A stretch of 64,000 nucleotides of DNA from Schizochytrium sp. TIO01 (Eukaryota > Protista > Bigyra: Labyrinthulomycetes): the NCBI GenBank assembly GCA_004764695.1, contig SMSO01000031.1, forward strand, positions 2,642,436 through 2,706,435. The letters run 5' to 3'. The notes under the pieces are model-generated. The model saw only the letters and a list, made by a program, of their open reading frames with translations. It did not search any database and was not told the origin of the DNA. Position numbers and translations under genes: made by a program. Positions 1-9,300 of this stretch are shown here, one piece after another. Numbering within the stretch: the stretch's first letter is position 1; each line of letters begins with the position of its first letter.

Positions 1-932
1 GAGGAACTATGGGAGGCAACTCCTTGGCGAGTATGTTTGCCCAGCAAAATGCCGGTGCTTCTGCAACCACCGCAAGCTCCTCGCTACCAATCTCCGCTAT
101 TGATATCTTCAAAATGCTGGGTGTGAACCCTAGTGCTTTGCAGCAGCACCAGCAGCTTCAGCAACAATCTGGTTCAAATGCTGCCACCGCTGCAGCTGCC
201 GCTAATAACAACAATAGTGTTGGAACTACAGCAGCAGCCGCATCAGCTGCGCTTTTGGCATCGAACAACAACAAAAATGTCCAGAGTGGTAACAATCAGA
301 GCCTCACAAACTCTCTTTTTGCTGCATCCTCAAATTCTCTGCCCAACTTTGGTGGAATGAATAACCAAGACCCACTTGGTATGGCAAACATGGCGCAGTA
401 CGACAAGGCTGGTCTTGAGGCAATTATTTCCTCCCATGTGTTAGATATGCGACGCCGCATGACCCTTCAACGCATCCGTTACCTTCAACTAGATGCCGAG
501 GTTGTTGCGCGCTATGTTCCTGTCGATCCTGCGCTTGTTGCCCAGTACCTTGATCTTCGCATTTCTTTGAGCCCATCACCTGAAACTGAGGTTCTTGGCA
601 AACTCTTGCTTGACTTTCTTGACAAATATCAAGCAGCATCCCGTGGAACTCTTATTGATCGCGTCCGCAACATGGCAAGTACCCTTGTGCGTCAGCTTGG
701 AGTTGATGAAAATCAGCTTCCTCTGCGCGCTGGTATCTCCATGAACCAGTATCTCCAGATTATGCCGGAAACCAGTCCCGTAGCATCACCAATGCTCGCT
801 ACCGACCCGGAACTCATGGGTGCTCTTAAACAGCTTGTTATCTTTCTAGCAGCAAGCCTTCAAACATCGCAGCTCAACCAGATCGCCGAAGTCCTTTTGC
901 ATGCTGCTAAAGAAGCAGAGCTTCTCAATTAG
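1..932 (+). CDS. Hypothetical protein with Q/N/A/S-rich low-complexity region and helical C-terminal domain; probably 5'-truncated by the window edge
   Basis: 307-aa ORF from ATG at 9. The frame is open back to the window start. Coding-like composition; poly-Q/A/N tracts in the first ~120 aa, amphipathic helical remainder; stop TAG at 930-932. Confidence 0.8.
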   Translation, partial: GTMGGNSLASMFAQQNAGASATTASSSLPISAIDIFKMLGVNPSALQQHQQLQQQSGSNAATAAAAANNNNSVGTTAAAASAALLASNNNKNVQSGNNQSLTNSLFAASSNSLPNFGGMNNQDPLGMANMAQYDKAGLEAIISSHVLDMRRRMTLQRIRYLQLDAEVVARYVPVDPALVAQYLDLRISLSPSPETEVLGKLLLDFLDKYQAASRGTLIDRVRNMASTLVRQLGVDENQLPLRAGISMNQYLQIMPETSPVASPMLATDPELMGALKQLVIFLAASLQTSQLNQIAEVLLHAAKEAELLN

Positions 933-1649
933 ATTATCAATAAGATCATGAGCTCGATCCCCGTCCGTCGTCTTCTTCTAATGTGAACAATCTATTATGT
1001 TTTCACATCGTCCTGCACCGTTATATAAATTAGAAATATGTAGTCTTGCTCAGTTTCAGTAACTGTGCGACTAAACACCTTTCATATTATCAACTTTAAG
1101 TCAAATCTCATTTTGATTTTGTACACAGTTTCGCCTACAAGTTTCCATTTCAAATCCATAAGTTCAGTTGAACAAATTCGCTAGCATCATATGAAGAAAT
1201 CGCTTGCTGTCATCCAGAAAAGGCGATAAGTGCACTCTTCGCAATAAGTTTTTCTGTACCAGGATATCTATGTAACAGATTATAACTTTAACTTCACAAA
1301 GCCACGGCTGCAATCCAAAGTAGTAGTCTGTCGTCTCCTAGAAGCATCTTCCTAGTAATATCTCAACTATATGCTGAGTAGCAAGACATTGTATGCATAC
1401 ACCTTAATCAGAAACTAAGTCTGTGCATTTAGTTTTTTAATTTGTATATAATAGCAGAACTTCTTTCTCTGTGTACTCATTATAATTGGCTGGAGTCTAA
1501 AGTATGAAGCGTAACCTTATTTTGTTGTTTTCTCAGTAAAAAATACTTGACCCCTTTAGCAACTTCATATCGTAGTAATCAACGAACTTGCAGCTTTATT
1601 GATGAAGTCAACGTAATTATGCCACTTGTGTGAAGGTCTGCGAATTTGA

Positions 1650-3150
1650 AACTTTAATGAGAACATGGCGTGTTACCTGTCGACAGGACTTTACCAGAGC
1701 TTTAATCTCATTACAGGTCCTAAACTGTTATAGAAAGTATAGACTGAGATAAGGACTTAACTATCATATGCAAATTTTGTGAGAACTCAAGAGATGAAAG
1801 TGCCCTGAATAAATTAGTAGATATATATGGGTAAAACCTGAATTATTGCGTGAGGAAACAAGATAACTTAACCCCTTCAGCTATGTGCAATACAGAATGA
1901 TCTGTATTAGTCGTCTAAGTACAAACACGACTTTAGTTAGTATTCATCTCTAAGGTTAATATCTAAGATCGCTAACCCTAAAAGATTAAGTATGCAATGC
2001 CTTATTACGTCTCTGCTGTGCATTCAAACGTTTTGCCTTCAACTTCCCAGTCGACCTTTGGCTGATTAGTGCGTAGCTCTCAGCGACTGCTAAATATTTT
2101 AATCGTATGTCGGAAATGTTGTTTATTCTCGTGTTTAAGCTATGAAAGGCCCTTTCGGATTACCCATATATTAATATTTATTCAATGCAACTATATTTGA
2201 AACGATTTAGAACTAAGGACGCTTCACCCATGAATGCTACGATTTCACTTAAAACTACGGGGATCTAAATTGAAGAATGGTGGAGAACTAACAAAGGCAA
2301 ACGGATGGGAAAATATCATGTGTTATTTAGGATGTTAGTAATCATATAATTTTGAAACACCCTATCTTAAGAAGGACTTCGTATCGCCAAGCATATAATA
2401 GTTCTGAGATCCCCAAACAAAGGAACTAGTGGACATAACCGCCCAATTGGTCAGAACACTTTTCCATCAACTAGGCATATCAAAATTATGTCTACAAAAC
2501 TTCCAGCTGGCATTGGCGAGCTAAAGGCAGTAGTTTGCTTTCCATCCTAGGCAGTTCATTTGTTGGGAACTTCAAAAGCTGCTGAAAAGTACATCTGGTC
2601 AGGTAAGGGTGAGCATGAATGTGAAGGCACAAGGCTTGATGAAGGCTTAAGATGGCCGATAACCTACGGCTTTTAAAGTTTAGAGATGTGTTGCACTTAG
2701 GAATGATATTCCAAATTAAACTGATCCATGTAGTAATTAGAAGACTAAGACATACTTCATCTGTGTTAGATACACTTGACGAGGTTAGGTTAACTCGTTT
2801 CTATAAATCGTCAATTTAGAGTTTATCATACTTAACTTTATGTGATGCGTATGCACACTTTTCATTCTTAACCTCTCTACCACGCAAGTCTGATTGTCCG
2901 TTGCTATTCTATTGCAAATCCTAGATCCATCAGATCTTGCAGAGGGATGGCTCGAGCTCTGGCAATGTCTTGTCCTTTATTTCTTTCTATGAGAGGCCTC
3001 AGTAACGTTCTACGTTTCCTTGTGTTCACAAAAACCATGTCCAGAATGCTATATATCCAACAAGAATAATGGCATTACATTCACACGCTCAAAGATTGGT
3101 ATACATGGAATATGATATTCAAACGGGCCCTCTAAAGGGCCAATAGTTTG
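1650..3150. pseudogene. Mosaic of decayed ROCO-like (LRR/ROC/COR C-terminal) gene fragments in both orientations
   Basis: Minus block ~1680-2090 encodes QPKVDWEVEGKTFE. Plus block ~2585-3010 encodes SDCPLLFYC and ALAMSCPL. ROC switch-I-like KTTGI*IEEW at 2251-2280 (+). LRR LPAGIGELKAV from 2500 (+). DNA similarity to 8025-8450 and 9085-9510. Many stops and frameshifts. Confidence 0.6.
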
Positions 3151-3498
3151 GAAATTTATTTACTGTATCATGATAATTTGATTGGAAAAGATTTTAAAAT
3201 ATATAATTCAAATCTAATGGTTGTCTCTGAGACATTGCGTTTTAACCCACCAATAGAAATGGGACGGTAAAAACAAGGAATCTCTTTCATTTTCCCTTTT
3301 GGTCGGATTCCTTCTAAAATTTGACAACTTCTCATTTGACCACTCGCTTGAAAGTTTTTTCTAGTCAGCTTTTAGATTGTTTGTTGGGTCGATAATGAAC
3401 AGGAACCTTTTAAGGGCGAACAATAATTATGTTTTATTATAAACTTGAAAGTATAAAAGAGTTTATCTACTATTCTACAGAGTTCATAATAAATTTAA

Positions 3499-5688
3499 TC
3501 AGCTTAATATACGGTGAGCATGTGACTTATTTGGATGGATATTAGGAAGCTTTGTTGGACCTCGTAGACCAGGGGGCTGAGGGTGATATGATTCAACCCT
3601 CTCATCTGTGTGGTCAAAAGGCCACGTATTCTTTTGTTGGCGATTCTTACGAACTTGGTTTCTATAACTCCAAGAATATTGATCATTTTTCTGCTGCTTT
3701 GGTATAACTTTTTGGCGATGACGTGATCTCATTTTCCCAGCAGAGGAATGAGTCACGCTCGGTGCACGAACAGGTGGGAGGGCCCTCGTAGTCCGTTTAG
3801 GAACTTTATACGTTCGAAGCCGTCCTGTAGAAGATTCGGACTGTGGAGATGCCCCAACTTGAGAGCCTCTTGCTCCGTATAACCGACCACTGCTAAGCTC
3901 TAAACCCATTCTCGGTTGGTGAGAAGACAACTCCTGACCGACGATTCTGTTTCCGTCTTGAACCTCAAATCTAGCAGAATATGTTTTGTCATGTTCAAGT
4001 TTAGATGGGGTATAAATGTTATGCGTCTGCTTGAGTGGTACCTTCTCAAACGCCGGTTTTGGCAGCCTTTTGTTCTGATTATTATTCTTGGCATTGCTCA
4101 AATGGAGTTTAGCTTGTCGTTGTATTATATTTGCAGCGTCATACTCGATGCGAGCCTTCAGACGCCTTTTCCGAGCAGCTACTAATGACATTGCGATCGT
4201 GCGTCCACGTGCCCCACGCCATATGCGCTGCACAGTTATTGCTGCATCCTCGACTCTTTGTTGATGTTTGGAAAGTTGTTTTAGGTGTTCGATGTGGGTT
4301 GTTCTCCTTCGTATCCAACCTTGCAAGAGCAAGGCTGCTGCATCTTTTCGGCGATTACGATAAACCAAGACCCGTTTAATGAAATACTGAATACATGTCG
4401 CTGCATGCTGTTTTGTCTGTCTTAAACGCCAAGAAGAAGAAACCTTACGCCAAAACTGCTGAACTTTTAAAGCCGCAGCAATATCACTTTGCTTAGTCAC
4501 ATATATACAACGAAGCTTCGTACGCAATGAACGCGCTTTCCAGCATCTTACCATTGATTGAATAAGTAAAGCTGCTTTGTATCGTTGGAGCATAGCGGAA
4601 AACCAATGTTGAATTTTGCGAATTGCCTGCACCTGCTTAATTTGACAGAGAGTTGACGCAAGTTGCTGAAGACGCCTCCGTAATAAGAAGCGCCGATACT
4701 GATGTTGAATTCGAATTGCACATTGCGTACATTGCCTCTGCTTTGATATTTGGAGCCACCAGCGTGCACATACAACTTGTGCAAGGAACTGGCGTTTTCT
4801 AAGTTGACGCTGAACGATGAAGAATCGCCACGCTTTTTGAATTCCAATGACAGCTCTGGTTTTAAAATATACATGAACTCTCCATGCTTTTTGAATTCTC
4901 AATACACAGTGTTTTTCCCGACGCCGTTGTGCTTGTCTTAGACGAGATTCATGAATTTTCCGATCATACTCCCTCCTACGATATATCAAATAAACCTTTT
5001 GGATACTTCGCGCTGCAGAGGATTCTCCCAACCACTTCATAGTTCGAGCATAATGAAGGCATGCAAGTCTTCTCCGTATGTGTGCTTGCAAGAAATGCAT
5101 GGCCAATCGAAGTTTTCGAAAAGGAGAAGATGCTACCGCAGAACGGAAGCGGTAAGTTCGCCAAGCTATTTGAAATCGTTCTGCTGCGTAATTACGCAAG
5201 GCTTTACGTTTGGTTCGTTCAGCTTCTGCTTCTTGAAACTCGGTGTCCTCGGCCAGTGTCTGCAACAGATTGTCAATTGCATCTTCAATCTCAGATTGAA
5301 ATTCACGAACAGAGCTGCCAAATGTGAGCTCAAGCTGAGGAAGAATTTTATCAAAGTCATCATTCCCATTTCGCAGGCGTGTTTCAAGATGCGCTACAAT
5401 TTGGGGCATCCAAGTTGGATCCGATATGAGTTCATCTCGACTAAAACGACGAGCAATACTTTTTCCATTTTGCGTAGCTAGAGTTGAAGCCTGCTTTGAG
5501 TTCTGGTTCATGGCACGAGAAGGTTTCGACACTGATCTTGATGCCTGGATCTCTAGCCATTCAGCTCGATCTTCATCATCTCCTTGTCGCAAGATCTCGC
5601 TGATTTCTCGTAGCACAGGCTCCAAGCCTCGCACATGTCTTTCATTCCACACTTGACGAAGACCCCTTCTTTTGTTTGCCTGCGACAT
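3499..5688 (-). CDS. Multi-IQ-motif calmodulin-binding protein (ASPM-like IQ array) with DEK_C-like N-terminal helical domain
   Basis: 729-aa ORF starting at ATG. More than 10 IQxxxR-type motifs (IQKAWR, IQHQYRR, IQSMVRCW, VQRIWRG, LQGWIRR). Basic, disordered C-terminus. Confidence 0.9.
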   Translation of the reverse strand: MSQANKRRGLRQVWNERHVRGLEPVLREISEILRQGDDEDRAEWLEIQASRSVSKPSRAMNQNSKQASTLATQNGKSIARRFSRDELISDPTWMPQIVAHLETRLRNGNDDFDKILPQLELTFGSSVREFQSEIEDAIDNLLQTLAEDTEFQEAEAERTKRKALRNYAAERFQIAWRTYRFRSAVASSPFRKLRLAMHFLQAHIRRRLACLHYARTMKWLGESSAARSIQKVYLIYRRREYDRKIHESRLRQAQRRREKHCVLRIQKAWRVHVYFKTRAVIGIQKAWRFFIVQRQLRKRQFLAQVVCARWWLQISKQRQCTQCAIRIQHQYRRFLLRRRLQQLASTLCQIKQVQAIRKIQHWFSAMLQRYKAALLIQSMVRCWKARSLRTKLRCIYVTKQSDIAAALKVQQFWRKVSSSWRLRQTKQHAATCIQYFIKRVLVYRNRRKDAAALLLQGWIRRRTTHIEHLKQLSKHQQRVEDAAITVQRIWRGARGRTIAMSLVAARKRRLKARIEYDAANIIQRQAKLHLSNAKNNNQNKRLPKPAFEKVPLKQTHNIYTPSKLEHDKTYSARFEVQDGNRIVGQELSSHQPRMGLELSSGRLYGARGSQVGASPQSESSTGRLRTYKVPKRTTRALPPVRAPSVTHSSAGKMRSRHRQKVIPKQQKNDQYSWSYRNQVRKNRQQKNTWPFDHTDERVESYHPQPPGLRGPTKLPNIHPNKSHAHRILS

Positions 5689-6031
5689 TTACTTTTCGCG
5701 CATGAAATCTTTTCTAGGTCTGCAAATCCCTGCCTAAACAGTAGCTTTCTAGCCTAATCCACGCTGCAAGCAGGGAAATGGTTTCGAGGACACCCGCGTA
5801 GCTTCGTTCGAGCTACAATGACAGCAATACTAGTGATTGTAAATAACCACTCAAAACAAGAAGCTATAGATCCTTCTTTACCAATTATCAGCGCTGAGTC
5901 TGTGCGCTGATGTGTAGAACAAAAATCGACAACAGCTCCACCATATGACCTGACCTCATGATGCGCTAGAAATGAGACAGACCTAGGAACTGAAAGGGGT
6001 TGGTTCATCTCCCCATTTCTTCTAATGTAGC

Positions 6032-6041
6032 CGTTGCCAAT
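6032..6041 (-). promoter_or_regulatory. ATTGGCAACG motif ~345 bp upstream of the IQ gene ATG
   Basis: Plus strand cgttgccaat. The identical 10-mer occurs in the same gene-relative orientation upstream of the LRR gene (57525-57534). Confidence 0.3.
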
Positions 6042-6399
6042 AAGAGGGGAGTGTGTAAGACCTTTGGTAGGCTTATTGAACTAGTCCGTCCAGATTGGGA
6101 GATTTTTATAGCTTTGAGTAAAGGTTAATAATACACTTTTTCTTGTTACTAGTTTATTTAATACAAAAAATGTGTATTAATAAGGTTGTTGTATACCCCT
6201 ATTGTTTTTATTAGTTGAAATCATAAGATCTTTTTCATATGGTCCTGTCTAACCGTTCTGATCCATCATACCTGCGAATTTTTTTATTAGATTGTCAAGT
6301 CAGGTGTACCTGTCTTAAAAAAAATAGGATGCTCGTCTTCTCAACGAACACTTCAGATTTTGATCGTCTGAATTTTATTGAATGCTTGAATATTGTGTA

Positions 6400-9300
6400 G
6401 TATTGCGCACCAAAAGCTTCCCATTCACTATCTGGTAGTCTGCAAAACGTGTCCTTCATTTTTCACAGTTTAGCCGATCTCTGGTACACATTTGACCTCA
6501 ATCGGTGATCTCAGAATTGCAACAATTTGAAGACTTGAATTGGATCTGTTATGTTGGCAACCCCAACAAATAAATATACATTAGTATACTCTTGATTAAT
6601 TTCTGGGACGTTGAAAGGGGTAGGATCCTCTAAAATATCACCAGTAAACAGCAGTCGACCGCTAGAGAGATCTTAAATTATAATTGGGATTTTCTCAAAC
6701 AAATATATGATCCAGAAAAGTTCTTTGAGAGTACACAAATAATTCTTGATGGAGCAAAGCTCGAGTAGGAACGATGAGCGGCACCAATGCTATGTAGACT
6801 GCCTTGCACTTAGCATGTATCATTGCGATGTGGGGGGGGGAGGCAAGAGCCACAGAAATAATGACCAAGAACTCAGTATGCGATTTCCGCCGTCATCTTC
6901 TACCAACTGCTCACTCAAAAGTCCACCAGGGGCATCAATATATACTACATATTTACACAAAAACCTTAGCATATCATTACGTAGACTATAGCCAAGCCTG
7001 CTCTGGATTACACATAAATAATGCGGTAAGGTCCACTCACCTCAACCAATTACTCGAAAATCAGTACAAATATGTTCTCATGATTATATACGTACCAAAC
7101 CCTGAATTCCTTAACTTTACGACAACTTCTGTGATTATTTAAACTATAAACATTGTAGTTTTTCAGAAATCCCATTGAAGAACTTTAGCTTATATGGCCA
7201 CTCAATTGGTGATCTCAGTAGCATATAAAGCAAATGATGGCTACTGTTAGTATCGTTACCTGTTCATTGTCACAGATTTACCACAATTTATCTGGAGCAC
7301 TTGAAATGTCCCTTTTGAGACTAGCATTAAACCAAGAAATCCGTAAATATATTCTACCAAGATTTTAAAAATTTCTCTCATAAGAGCCAAGGTATTAAAA
7401 GGGGCTGAGAAATGAGTAAAGTTTCTAAACAATTCCTAATAATTTGCATCAATTTCAGATTAATGAAGTTCCGGAAAATTGCGATGATGGTTGGGGAGTT
7501 GACATTTGTAGAGTGAACAGTTGGCTGGTGAAGATATTGCCAACATGTGAAGTGCTCAGAGATAGATCTAGCAGCAAGAGGTTGACCATAAATAGTGAGG
7601 TTCAAAGGATTGGAGGAAGCTTAGAAAGTGTAAGTAACTTTGGCTTAGAGAGTTCGCTTTCTTTGGAAGTCAATAAGGCAGGGTGCATAGTATTACTAGG
7701 ATAATGAGATACAAGCGGTCTGTAGTGCATACAATTGAAGAGCTGCCCATCCAACTATCGATTTGGATTTCACCATACTTACTCATTTAGATGTGTATGT
7801 ACACGTTTAGTTTCTGAATTCCTCGGGTTCACAATAAGGCATTTGGTTGTATAGTTCTAACCATATGTATATCATAACCTTTGGAGAAGCTGCAGTGGCA
7901 CGCAAAACCATCCTGATATCTACAATCGATGAAAATCATGGACAATACATTGCTATAGTTCTTGACATCTCATTGTAAGTCCCCGGGAAATAAAGTTTAC
8001 AAAAGATCAGAACAAGATAAGCAGATGTTGCTGAGATCTTCAATCGAAGGAACTAGTGGACAAGACATTGCTAGAGTTGTTGGCGTCCCTTTGTAAAACC
8101 CAATAGAGATAAGGTTTACACTAGAACAAGAATAGGCAGCCAGACTCATGTGGCTGCTGAAGCCAAGAACTAGAAGTGTGAATACACTTACCGACACCCA
8201 AGCTTGTTTAGCTTGAATCGATGGTTGGAGAAGGTTGGATAACCTAACTCCATCGATTATCTCTAACCACATTCAAGAATTTCTTAATTTCCCTAATTAC
8301 TACATGAATCCATCTGTCCTGGAAATCATCCCCCAGGACAGCAGTTCACTAACACTTAAATCAACCTTCTTATAACCTTCATCAAGCTTCTTGCCTTCAT
8401 CTTTACAGTCAACCTCACGCTAATCAGTATCACCTTTCAGCAGATGTGTGATAGCCGAGAACTGAAAGTATGCATGCACATTCTCTAGGATCAAACACGG
8501 TGGAACTTGAGTTAATGGTTGAAGAGACATGTTATCCTAACCTCTTCAATTGTGTATAGTACAAATCAAGTTTGTCTTGGTCTCCTTTCGTAACATGAAT
8601 TAGTCTGTACTGGAACTTATTTTCAGCGACAGGAGCCCGCTAAGTTTTAAAGTCATACTTAATCAAGCCTACCTAAACCTTTCTTGAGCGTCTTGCAATC
8701 ACCTTCATAGCCAACATCTAGCTGATCAGGTTCAGTTTCCCGCATAGCACTCTAGCAATGTCTTGTCTACAGGTTCCTTCAACTCACGGTCTTAAATCTA
8801 GGTTAAGTGAAGGAAGTAAGACGAGCATATAGTTTCATCATATGAGTTAGCGATCTGCTGATCTTAAGAAAATGTTTCAGTGATTACAAAATTTGTAGTT
8901 GATGTCCTACTCATGACTTAAGGATATCGTTCAAGGTTTTGTTTAACTTTGGTTCTTATCTATTGTTTTCGTCTTATCTGGTTATCAAGTAATTGACTTG
9001 GTTTTCATAATTTCAGACCCACCAGATCTAAGCTAATGAATATTCTATCAATTTGAGTACTCAATGAGCTGTATATCAGCTATCCTTGATACTTTCTGAG
9101 AGATTATTCTGGTCAGCTTGGGGTGGACTGTAAAGATGAAGGCAAGGATCTTGATGCAGACTTTAAGAAGGCCGATTCAAGAGATAGCGAACTGCTGTCC
9201 TCGAGAATGAATTCCAGGACAGATGAATTCATGTAGTAAGTAAGGAGGTGGAGACACTCTTGAAAGGATTTAGAGATAATCGATGGGATAGATCAATTCA

